Below, piece by piece: positions 1-12,393 of a stretch of 64,000 nt of DNA. Each line of letters begins with the position of its first letter. Position 1 is the first letter of the stretch. The position numbers and the translations under genes are program-made. A model generated the notes under the pieces. That model was not told the DNA's origin. It made no database searches and saw only the letters and a list, made by a program, of their open reading frames with translations. The DNA is from Macrostomum lignano (Eukaryota): NCBI GenBank assembly GCA_002269645.1, contig NIVC01000163.1:496001-560000 (forward strand), given 5' to 3'.

Positions 1-120
1 ACACCTCAACTAACTCTTCAAACTGACCTAATGACACCTCAACCAACTCTTCAAACTGACCTAATGACACCTCAACCAACTCTTCAAACTGACCTCCTGA
101 CATCTCAACCAACTTTAACT
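1..120. repeat. 33-bp minisatellite (PLD intron)
   Basis: ACACCTCAACCAACTCTTCAAACTGACCTAATG x3-4. Confidence 0.85.
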
Positions 121-171
121 AACAACCTGACACAAAGCAGCTCTACCAACCCATCAGCCTCGTGAGCTCAC

Positions 172-3100
172 AGCATAGACTTGGTCTCGTCGCCACGTTT
201 CAAACGTTCTCGAACGTCGCGTGTCACCCGCCGCCTCTCCCGGTTGCTGCGCAGAAAGTTACCCATCCGCTGCATCACCGGATCGTGGTGCCGCACCTGG
301 ACTTGACCGTCGCGCAGACGTTTGGCATCCGACGCTTTCAGGTCGGTCTCGTCTTCTGCGACGCTGGACGTTGCGGCGACGGCAGCTGCAGCGGCGGCGG
401 CCGCTTCAGACTGCAAGTGCAGCTCGTAGGCGCGTCGCAGAGCCGCCGTGGGCTGAGTAGCGCTCAACTGCAGATTGGAGAAATCTGATGAGCTGGTCAG
501 CTGGTCGGGATCCGCGACGGGTTTGTCGACCCAGTCAGCCGTCTGTTGCTGTCGACCGCCTCGTTGGAGTTGCTGCAGCTGCTGGGCCAGCGAGAAGAAT
601 CGGCGAACCCGTTCGCTGGCCGCGCCGCTTCCGTTTGACCTGCTGACGCCCCCGATGTTCTCCGCAGCTGCTTCGGCAGCCGCAGCCGCCGCGGCCGCCG
701 CAGCCGCAACCACGGAGTCTTCCGAGGACGCTTGCGCAACATCTGGACTGTCTGTCTCGTTGATTTGCTCCAATGCCGAGGCCATGGACACCGAGTTCTG
801 CTGCTGCTGCTGTTGGTGCACCTGTACTTTTGCGCTGCGCTTGTTACCAGCGGAACCAAGGTCTCCAGTTAATTTATGGTTGCTATGGCGACTAATAGCC
901 GAGCGTAAATTTGGAGTCGATTCGCCGGATTGATTTGGAGAACTTTCAGCCGGAGTTGGCGTGGCCTGGGAGTCCATCTCGAGAGCCAGGTTCTGTTGAG
1001 AGATCAAGAGATGCGATCAAGAAGACATTATGATTTGCTGATAGAACTCAAGAAATTTATAAGCCGAAATGATCCACGCACTTTAAACACGTGTAAGAAA
1101 TGCTAAATATGCGATATTTTGAAGAATTAAATCAAAGCTAAGCTAGTTTGGTAGCAAAGAATTTAGGAGTTTCTGTGAAGACAAACAAGCTACTGAAGGC
1201 TTTATTTGTATAGATTAGCAGAATTTAAGTTAATTGGCTACAAAGATAGGAGCTATTATAGTCTTAGTCTTAGCTTTTTCACCAAAAACCTTTTCCCTCT
1301 TAATTGGAGCACCCAGCCCATCCGCATCCACCTCACTCCACACCCACCTCACTCTACACCCACCTCACTCCACACCCACCTCCCTCCGCGCCCACTTCAC
1401 TCCGCACCCACCTCATTCCACACCCAACTCACTCCGCACCCACCTCACTCCGCACCCACCTCACTCCGCACCCACCTCACTACGCACCCACCTCATTCCA
1501 CACCCAAATCACTCCGAACCCACCTCACTCCACACCCACCTCACTCCACACTCACCTCACTCCAACCACCTCACTCTACACCCACCTCACTCCGCACCCA
1601 CCTCAATCCTCACCCACCCCACTCCTAAACTGCTTTACTCGGATCTTTCCTATCGCATTAATCATCAGCAATAGAAAGTATAAGGCGAGAATGCTTCTAA
1701 TCTAAGGAACAGTTTCATAAACGTAAAAAGCTGTAAACAAATAACAACATCAATTGTATTCTTTCGTGTCAACTACGAGCTACATGTAAAACTTACATTA
1801 GGTTGCTCAGAATCTGTCTGAGCAGCTTGTTTATCTTGCAATTCCTGAAATCAGTCAAGAATTAATTTTGGATGCAACAAGTTTTGCAGGAACCCACCAA
1901 AATTTAGTCGGAAAATCTATCACCTCTTAAGGTGGTAAAATAAGAATTAAAATGACAACAAATAGTATTACACTGAAAGTAAACTAACACCGAGCTAACA
2001 AACGCACAATGAAAGGTATGTATTAAAAGATACTTAAAATTAAAGGTGTATGAAAAAATCAAATTTTCATTAGCATTCAGGATAGAATGCTAGACACAAA
2101 CATCGGAACAAAGGCACTAATAACTTTAAATTGAGGCTACACAATTAAAACGAAACGCAATTAATAAAGCAAATTAATTTTTTTGTTTTTTTTCAATGGG
2201 TTTAGCCATATTTTTTAATTTAATTGTTAAATTTACAATTTAATTTAATTTAATTTAATTTGCTTATTTAGTGCAGTCCAGGATTGATTTCTTAGGACTA
2301 GCCTTAGGACTATTTCTTACGACAAATCAAAAACATTTGATTTGTAATAAAAGCACAACATGCAATTACAACACTAAGGTAGATAGCTGAATAAAATGAA
2401 ATCAAATGAAGCGTGCTTTCTTTCATTTCAAGCTGCAATAAAAGATGCATGCCATATAAGATAAACAAAAATAAAATCTAAAAACTAGGAAGAAACTAAC
2501 TTTTGCCGACAAAACTTTTAACTCTTTCGTTTTCGAATTTTGCTGCTTATTAGCGGCTGGCAGCGGGGCGGGCAAAACTCGGCCCTCCAGCAGCTGCTTG
2601 TGCAGCCAAGCGGCGCGGCGAAAATCAGCCCGACGGGAGGTCGCGGGCGACGAAGACGACTGGGGTTTTGGTTGGCGTTTAGTTATAATAAATGAAGATT
2701 TTCTCGCCGGTTTTATTTGTTAGAACGATAACTACTACTAACGACGTTCTCGCTAATTTAAATAGTCTCCAGATTTTAATACATGCTAAAAAAATTAAAA
2801 GTTAAAAAATCTTAAAATAATTTTTTAAGCGCACAATCATAAATGTTAATTTGCATATAATTCATTCCTTTCCAATTGGAAAAAAGCAACTGCTATTCAA
2901 ATACATATGGGCGTATATCCGATTATAGAAGAATTTGTAATTTGCGTATTTTTTCATTGCTTAGTACGTACAGTGAGTGAACTGGGACTGCGCAATTATT
3001 GGCACAAAAAACTTAATAAAGCAAGAAAGGAGACGTCTCAGTTAAAGCGTGAAGACCGCCAGCGTATACTTGCTAATTAATTTACTCAACGGGAATACCT

Positions 3101-3218
3101 GTGTGTTTGTGTCTGCTTCTTCCCAGCTCTAGTTTGGTTTGTTGAAAGTTTTCAGACCATGACTTTTAAATTATTCAATGTGCGATTAGGCCACAAAAAT
3201 GCTTAAAAAATAATGGGC

Positions 3219-3314
<96 letters not shown>

Positions 3315-3315
3315 T

Positions 3316-3353
<38 letters not shown>

Positions 3354-3354
3354 G

Positions 3355-3402
<48 letters not shown>

Positions 3403-3418
3403 TTCTGTCTGTCTGTCC

Positions 3419-3481
<63 letters not shown>

Positions 3482-3482
3482 G

Positions 3483-3538
<56 letters not shown>

Positions 3539-3559
3539 GCCTGTCTGTCTGTCTGTCTT

Positions 3560-3597
<38 letters not shown>

Positions 3598-3598
3598 G

Positions 3599-3646
<48 letters not shown>

Positions 3647-3691
3647 TTCTGTCTGTCTGTCCGTCTGTCTGTCTGTCTGTCTGTCTGTCTT

Positions 3692-3770
<79 letters not shown>

Positions 3771-3815
3771 TTCTGTCTGTCTGTCCGTCTGTCTGTCTGT
3801 CTGTCTGTCTGTCTT

Positions 3816-3878
<63 letters not shown>

Positions 3879-3879
3879 T

Positions 3880-3936
<57 letters not shown>

Positions 3937-6900
3937 ATGTCTATCTGTCTGTCTGTCTGTATGTCTGTCTGTCCGTCTATTCTAGTGCATATCCTTCCAT
4001 ATGTACGAGTACATGTACATGGGCCTCTGTATGCTCATTAACATAAAAAAATTCGAACCATCAATGTCCGACATCATTTTAGTTCTGCACTAATCATCAA
4101 AACTGCTCCGTGACAATTCCCATACAGGGTAGCATCATTTAGTTTTCCATCTATCTGCAAAGTTTTGTGAGCCAATAAAGCTTTAAAAGCATTATCTGGG
4201 GATGGGGGTGTTTCCATCAAAATTGGAGGAAATACAACAGTTCTACTTCCCTCGCTCCGAAACACCTCCTATTTCTGACAGACACCGGTCTGTTCCGTCT
4301 CGGGAAAAACCTCCCCTTCCCCCTTTACTGAACAGAAATAAGCTGTTTTCGCACCTGCCTTGCGGTAAAAATTTCTGGCGCGGACAAATTGCCATTGGCA
4401 ACTCAGCTCCGAGGGAAGGAGACACTGCTGCAGGAAGCTGGAGAGTGCTGAAGTTAATTGGCGTGGAGAGGAGGGGAGGGGCAGGCCGCTGGTTGGACCG
4501 CCACCCCATTTACAGAGTTTTGTATGAGCCCGCATCAATGGAGGGTATGAGCTGCCTCAGTTATGAGTGGCAGTTGCGACTGCAGCAGTCGTAGTTTTAT
4601 TACCTTTCTTGATCGCTTGGAAACACTAAGTGGTCCGGCAACTGAGGATCTTGGAGGCTGGCCCAGCAACTGAAGATCTGGGAGGCTGGCCTATCAATTG
4701 AGGATCTGGGAGGCCGGCCTAGCAACTGAGGATCTGGGAGGCCGGCCTAGCAACTGAGGATATGGGAGGGCTGGCCCAGCAACTGACACTCTGGGAGGCT
4801 GGCCCAGCAACTGAGGATCTTGGAGGCTGGCCCAGCAACTGAGGATCTGGGAGGCTGGCCTATCAATTGAGGGTCTGGGAGGCCGGCCTAGCAACTGAGG
4901 ATCTTGGAGGCTGGCCCAGCAACTGAGGATCTGGGAGGCTGGCCCAGCAACTGAGGATCTGGGAGGTTGGCCCAGCAACTGAGGATCTATGAGGGCTCGC
5001 CCAGCAACTGAGGATCTGGGAGGCTGGCCTAGCAATTGAGGATCTGTCAGGCTGGCCTAGCAACTGACACTCTCAGAGGGCTGGCCTAGCAACTAAGGAT
5101 CTGGGAGGGCTGGCCCAGCAACTGAAAATCTGGGAGGCTGGCCCAGCAACTGAGGATCTGGGAGGCTGGCCCAGCAACTGAGGATCTTGGAGGCTGGCCT
5201 AGCAACTGAGGATCTTGGAGGCTGGCCCAGCAACTGAGGATCTGGGAGGCTGGCCCAGCAACTGAGGATCTTGGAGGCTGGCCTATCAATTGAGGATCTG
5301 GGAGGCTGGTCCAGCAACTGAGGATCTGGGAGGCTGGTGGCCCAGCAACTGACACTCTCAGAGGGCTGGCCCAGCAACTAAGGATCTGGGAGGGCTGGCC
5401 CAGCAACTGAGGATCTTGGAGGCTGGCTTATCAATTGAGGATCTGGGAGGCTGGTCCAGCAACTGAGGATCTGGGAGGCTGTTGGCCCAGCAACTGACAC
5501 TCTCAGAGGGCTGGCCCAGCAACTAAGGATCTGGGAGGGCTGGCCCAGCAACTGAGGATCTTGGAGGCTGGCTTATCAACTAAGGATCGGGGAGGCTGGC
5601 CCAGCAACTGAGGATCTTGGAGGCTGGCCTAGCAACTGAGGATCTGGGAGGCTGGCCTATCAATTGAGGATCTGGGAGGCTGGTCCAGCAACTGAGGATC
5701 TGGGAGGCTGGTGGCCCAGCAACTGACACTCTCAGAGGGCTGGCCCAGCAACTGAGGATCTGGGAGGTTGGCCTAGCAACTGAGAATCTGGGAGGCTGGC
5801 CCAGCAACTGAGGATCGGGGAGGCTGGCCCAGCAACTGAGGATCTTGGAGGCTGGCCCAGCAACTGAGGATCTGGGAGGCTGGCCCAGCAACTGAGGATC
5901 TGGGAGGTTGGCCTAGCAACTAAGGATCTGGGAGGGCTGGCCTAGCAACTGAGGATCGGGGAGGGCTGGCCCAGCAACTGTGGATCTGGGAGGGCTGGCC
6001 CAGCAACTGAGAATCTGGGAGGCTGGCCCAGCAACTGAGGATCGGGGAGGCTGGCCCAGCAACTGAGGATCTTGGAGGCTGGCCTAGCAACTGAGGATCT
6101 GGGAGGCTGGCCTATCAATTGAGGATCTGGGAGGCTGGTCCAGCAACTGAGGATCTGGGAGGCTGGCCTATCAATTGAGGATCTGGGAGGCTGGTCCAGC
6201 AACTGAGGATCTGGGATGCTGGCCCAGCAACTGAGGATCTGGGAGGATGACCCAAAACGTAAACTGAAGCAATCGAGCACACAGTAAATACCCAGCAGCT
6301 GCATATAAAACTCGAACTCACGGTGAGCACAGGGATCAGAGGTGGGTATTTGCGCCAGTTGTCATCGCCGTTATCCGCAATCCGATGCTGCTGGGTGTCC
6401 CAGCGGCCCCAGCAGAGGTCGAGGCCGCCAACGAAGGCGAGCTTCTGGTCCACCACAACCAGCTTCTCGTGATGGCCCCACAAGAACTCCCAGGTGGACA
6501 GGTGGTCCGGGTGTCGCAAGACAAATATATTTCGTTTATTTCGTTCTCTCAGCACCAGTTTGGTGTACCAGCTGTCAATCTTCAGGGTGTACTTCACCTC
6601 CTTGTAGATTAGGATGCAGATTTTGACGCCAGCATCCGCCCGGCGCTGCAGGACATTCATGAGCTGGTGGTAGCCGTCGTCCGGCCGTTTCAAATGCAGC
6701 TCGGGCGTGAGCCACCAGTCGCAGATGAAAATCTCTTCGGTTGCCTGTTCAAGAGCGTCGAACACGTCAGCAAAATAAGTGGCTCCGTCGACGTACCACT
6801 TGGCTGGGCAGTTGATCCGGGTTCGAGCGAAACTGCCGAACTCTGGGACGGTCGACGGCGGCGGCGACGAGTTGACAGCGGCGGCGGCGGCGGCGGCTGC

Positions 6901-9900
6901 GGCGGTCAACTGGCGGGGGATGCTTTTGATGCGGTCCATCTCGGCGGACAGCATGGGGTAGTCGCCGTAGTCGCACTCGACTATTATCAGCCTGGCGGAG
7001 GTGTCATGGTAGAGGTGGCGGTAGATTGTTGGTACATAATGGAGACTAGTCGTACAGAGTGGTAGATTGTTGGTATAGAGGGCCGGTAGATTTTTAGTAG
7101 AGGGCCGGTAGGTTGTTGGTTGAGGGCCAGTAAATTTTTGGTAGATAGGGAGATTAGTGGCCCAGAGCGGTAGATTGGATGTAGAGGGCCGGTAGATTGT
7201 GGGTAGAGTTGCAGTAGACTGGTGGTAGAGTTGCAGTAGATTGTTGATAGAGTTGCGGTAGATTGTTGGTAGAGTTGTGGTAGATTGGGGATAAATACAA
7301 TAGATTGGTTGTATATGTGATAGATCTTGATATCAGAGTGAGTTAGAGGGCGGTAGATTGTTGATAGAGTTGCGGTAGATTGTTGGGTAGAGTTGTGGTA
7401 GATTGTTGGTCGAGTTGTGGTAGATTGTTGGTAGAGGGTCGGTAGATTGTTGGTAGAGTTGTGGTAGATTGTTGGTAGAGGGTCGGTAGATTGTTGGTAG
7501 AGTTGCGGTAGATCGGTAGCTTTGTGGTAGAGGGTCAGTAGATTGTTGGTAGAGTTGAGTAGATTATTGGTAGAGTTTTGGTAGACTGTTGATATAGTTG
7601 CAGTAGCTTCGTGATAAATACAGTAGATTGTGTTTATATGTGATAGATCTTGATATCAGAGAGAGGTAGAGGGCGGTAGAGGGTCGCTAGAGGGAGGCAG
7701 ATGGACTCAAATGCATGTAAAACGAAACTCACATGCTGGAGTTTTTCAGCACAAAGCCAGACAGGTAGTTCCTCATGGACGGGTCCAGCCCGTTAATCAC
7801 AATGAAGTTGGCATCGAGTAGAAACACTTCCAACACTTCAGAAATGTTGTCCTTTAGAAATATAATGCTCATGTCCTTGATCACCATCCACCTGGAGTGT
7901 TAAATAAAGTATGCTTTTATCTTCGATAAAATTTTGAGCGACCAGAAAGTCTATAAGAGTGACCAAACAGTGATCAATAAAAGTGACCAACTAATGATCA
8001 ATTAGAGTGACCAACTAGTGATCAATTAGAGTGACCAACTAGTGATCAATTAGAGTGACCAACTAGTGATCAATTAGAGTGACCAACTAGTGATCAATTA
8101 GAGTGACCAACTAGTGATCAATTAGAGTGACCAACTAATGATCAATTAGAGTGACCAACTAATGATCAATTAGAGTGACCAACTAATGATCAATTAGAGT
8201 GACCAACTAGTGATCAATTAGAGTGACCAACTAATGATCAATTAGAGTGACCAACTAATGATCAATTAGAGTGACCAACTAATGATCAATTAGAGTGACC
8301 AACTAGTGATCAATTAGAGTGACCAACTAGCGATCAACTAGAGTGACCAGTGACCAACAAGTGCCTGTACGAGCACTAACATTGTGCGTTTCCGTCGCAG
8401 CAGACTTCCGTGGCAGGCCTGGCACCGCTTCAGCGCCGAGGAAGACGCGTACCGCTGGATGTAGACGCGAACCTCGGCCTCGCCGCCTTTGCCGCCAATC
8501 TCGCGAACGAATGACAGCCGGGAGACGCTGAGAAACTTCAACAGATGCTGATTCCTTTGCAGATTGTCCAATCTGTCCAGAATTTTTGTTAACTGTTCTT
8601 CAAATTTTACTCGCTTATGCTCGTCTGTTTCCATGGCAACCGAAGACGTCACCGACGCGGCCGAGGCTGGACGGCGCGGCGTTGGAGCTTCCATAGACGC
8701 GCCGTCGATGGGGGCAACAGAGTTGCCGCCGATTGTCTGGATTGCGAGATGATTGGGAGTGAGCCGACAGCGACTAGATTGTTACTGCATCATGGAGTGA
8801 GTGGTCGTGACAGTGACCAGATATAGGTACGAGCGTTATTTTAATACGCCTGTCCCAATTAGCAGATTTGCAACCGACGGCTCAGCCGCAGCTATTGCGC
8901 GGCGCATCTTAAGGCTGCATACGGCTGTTCAGTCCAAGGACTGGGGGGGGGGGGGGTCGCCACACACCCTCAATCACTCCAGCTAATGCTGGCACCCATT
9001 TTACAGCTGTGGTAATCTGAAGCAATGCAGAGTTAAGTTGTCTTCCTTAAGGACACAAATTGTTTATAGTGGGTCGAGAATCGAACCCCAGACCTTTCAG
9101 TTTCTGTCGTGAGTCCGACGCTCTGACCACTAGGCTGCAACCCCCAACTAAAACCCGAGACCAGAGAAGGACCTGAGAGTGATTGATAAGATTTGTTTAG
9201 AGTTATCAGATAGTTATCAGAGTGAACAGAAAGATAAGATACGGTAATCAATCAGAGTCATCCCTCACCTGCGCCTGTTCGCGCTTCGTCTTAACCGGAC
9301 CGGAAGTGCCGCTAGCTCCTGTGGTGCCCATGTGCGGCAGCAGCCCCGAGGCCAGCAGCAGGGGGTACAGCCGGCGCCAGTGACTCCACTTCCTGCTGAC
9401 TGTCCACGTGTAAATGCCATGGCTGAAAGTGACCTCGTAGCTCAGGTCAAGGTTCAGCATCCGCTGAATGCCCCTACGAAGCTGCTGCATCCGGTGCTTG
9501 GACAAACTGCTTCCGGCCTGGTTTTGAGTCTCCCGGATTCGAAAATGGAGCAGCTCGTTCGGTAGGAAGGGCCCGCCGCCCTCTGCCAGACCATAGCGAC
9601 TCACGAATGGCAGGCCAGTTGCTGGGACGTTCATCATTGTCGAGATGATTCTCAAACCGTGCTCTATTTTGCTCATGGCATCCTGCAGATGTTGTGGATG
9701 CTGTTGTTGCTGCTCCTGTTGCTGTTGTCTTTCGCCTTGACTCTCGGTTAGCATGAGAGAGTTTTGAGCTTTGTTCAGGTTGAACAGAGAAGCGCCAACT
9801 GCGGTAGCGGCTCGCAGTTCGTGAGTTGAAAGTGAACTGCTGGCATCGCTGATGGTGAAACTGTAGCAGTTGGGGTCTGTTTCGCCTAAGAAATCCTCTG

Positions 9901-9907
9901 TGGACAT
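172..9907 (-). CDS. PLD1: Phospholipase D (PLD1/2 family, PX-PH-HKD); 5' part, continues beyond the left window edge
   Basis: Exons 9907-9269, 8736-8381, 7891-7733, 6991-6322, 2659-2501 and 992-172, all GT-AG with consistent phases (0,2,2,0,0,2). PX-like segment [21 protein letters not shown]-like segment [42 protein letters not shown] and the first HKD motif [26 protein letters not shown]. The second HKD motif is not in the window. Confidence 0.93.
1313..1625. repeat. 15-bp minisatellite (PLD intron)
   Basis: CACCCACCTCACTCC[G/A]-type units. Confidence 0.9.
3223..3975. repeat. (TGTC)n microsatellite
   Basis: ~750 bp of GTCT. Confidence 0.98.
4638..6250. repeat. 28-bp minisatellite (PLD intron)
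   Basis: GAGGATCTGGGAGGCTGGCCCAGCAACT units. Confidence 0.95.
7015..7620. repeat. degenerate ~22-bp minisatellite
   Basis: GTAGATTGTTGGTAGAGTTG[C/T]G units. Confidence 0.8.
7965..8350. repeat. 24-bp minisatellite
   Basis: AGAGTGACCAACTA[G/A]TGATCAATT x~16. Confidence 0.95.
8955..9145 (-). mobile_element. tRNA-derived SINE in PLD intron 1
   Basis: The minus strand reads GGGGTTGCAGCCTAGTGGTCAGAGCG (Pol III A box) ... GGTTCGATTC (B box, 9078-9087). A non-tRNA body follows (GTGTCCTTAAGGAAGACAACTTAACT...CTGTAAAATGGGTGCC) of the kind seen in invertebrate SINE cores. Confidence 0.72.
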
Positions 9908-12393
9908 CTCAAGGTAAGTTTCAAACTGGCGAGAGGCTTATGAAGCTATAAATTGTGAGATCAGCTGTAAATCAATGGCTCAACAGATGAGCCGAGTTAA
10001 GCCTCAATTATTTTTTCCTTTTAGGGGTGCATCTTGATAGCTGAAATTTGAAAAGGTACAACGCAATTAATAAACCAATAATAGTCATATTATATCAAAC
10101 CAATATAATACAATTACAAACTTTTGTTAAGACTTTCATTGATTGTCTGTAATTGTGCATTTACTATATTTTAAAAGATTACCAAAAATTTTAACATATG
10201 CCATATCAACTGAATAAAGCCTTATATAAAAAAGGACAACCACTGAAAGAGATTCAAACAGATTCAAACTAAATCTGTAGCTGTAAGTTTACACTTGACA
10301 TTGGTTACATTACTTGTACAGCTTTAAAAAATCATGGATAAGCACCACTAATTATTTTCTATTATATAATAGTAGTCTGATATTAGATAGTGAATTTGAT
10401 TTGATCAAATAAAATAATTAATTTCTCATAGTTGCTACGTGACCATAAAATTGGTCATTTAGTGAACAGAAAGAAGAGTAAGACAAATTTAATTGCTTAG
10501 TGTTGTTTTAAGAAAAAATGATCTTATCTGGTTAATAAGTTCAACACCGAAAATGACGTCAACAAAATCTTTGCAGAATGCAACCCTTGGCAAGCTGATG
10601 TTAAGTATGATTGAAAAGAATGTGGCCAAAATTGCAGAAGCTAAGTGTATGATAAATTCTAAAAAGTCGCTAAAGACTCAGTATACTGTTAGAAGGCTTT
10701 AATAACTTTATAGCTAGCAATATAAAAACTATACAACTCTTTAACTTACGCATTTTACTAAGTAAAATATACCTCGATGCAACAGGGTTAATATATACTT
10801 TTTGTTTAAATACGTATGATTTTGGCGCGTACGATCATTACAAGAAACCTATCAGTAGAAATGCAAAATTTGTTGAGGTTTTTGTTGAGGTTTAGGTTAT
10901 CCTGTCCATGATTTCATGCCTTGTGCATGAGGGCTGAAAACGTGTTGAATGTTGATTGCTGGAATTTCGATTATACTTAAATTTTTGTCACTAATTTGCA
11001 GTCGCAGCAAAGATGGAAAGAGGCAAAACATTAGCCAAAATTTCACTTTTTTACTTGAGTGAATTGAGCTACAAAAATCTGCTAATAATTAAATCAGTGG
11101 AGGACTGCGCTGCAAGTAAAGCAAAAATAACTTAATTTTTCTTATATTTTGTATTTATAGTCTATGTCTAATACTTATCATAGACATAGCTATCAATTAG
11201 GGCCTATATATATGCCTTATGGAGACTAGAGAGATCAGAGAAGTAGTTCAAGCAAGGATAAAGCCATAGGCCTACCCCCATTTGTAGGTGATTGAAAACT
11301 CTTTAAACTTTATAAAAATAATACTTTTGCAAATTTGAAATTTTAACACTATTCTATGAACTAATTGTATGCTCTAACCTAAATAAATAGACTTTCCTAG
11401 TTAAGCTGGCTGTTTTATGTAAGCCAACTCTAATATTTTGATTTTCTTAAACTCATTTCATTTTTGCAGTAGGCCTTATATTAAACTAATATTCCAAAAT
11501 CCTAGCTAGCTATATTGTATTCTTGCATTTTATAGTAAATAGTGTTGGAATAGTAAAATTAAACAAATAAATAGGGTTTCAATTTTGTCTAAACAAGGTA
11601 AATGCATTTTACAAATGGCAAAATTACTTTTAATATAATAATCAATGATATAATTTATAATTATTATTATATAGATGTATTTTGAAAAATAAATAAAATT
11701 TGCTATATATATTTGCTATGTATATATACAAATATAATTAATTTGTCTTTAAAGCTTAAGTAGCAAATATTTTTCTAGTTGAGCTAAAAATGACATCTAA
11801 AAAGGAGGTTATACAGTTGCCATTAGCAATATCAACTAGGTATTATTAATTAGTAGCAAATTTTTAGACAATAAGAATATTAGTCAATAAGAGTCTAAAT
11901 CAACTAAATATTCAAAATCATAGATTAAAATCTTGAGTTTCTAAATCAAAATTGCTTAAATTTAATCATAAAAAGTATATATATGCAATCTCCAAAGTTT
12001 TTCAGCTTAACCAAAAACAAAGTAGACATATTTGATTGTTCACAAAATTTAATGAAATGATAAAAAACATTAAAAAATTATCATTTGCTATTTAGTTTTG
12101 TTCTATCACAGTTAATACTAATTGAGTTAGCCACTAGTTGTGAATATATTTCAATATATACTTATATATAGGGTTTCAATAAGTAAACTTATAAGTAAAT
12201 ACTTCTTATTATGAGAGACATTATAAACTTTGGCTATTACAAATTAATCAATATATTTTAAAATACCTTGGTTATATACTAAACTATAGTATTTCAAACA
12301 TTTACAATATAATTTGACATCTGCATGTTTAATAATATCATCATATTTCCTTTATCTACAAACATTTCTGACATTGAAATAAGCTACAACAAC

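Noticed and set aside
162-933. Plus-strand ORFs antisense to the PLD exon (likewise antisense ORFs over the LINE, Slo and DNase I exons)
   Set aside because: Shadow ORFs of GC-rich coding sequence.
4074-4594. Short ORFs in a PLD intron
   Set aside because: No homology recognised and no convincing splice signals.
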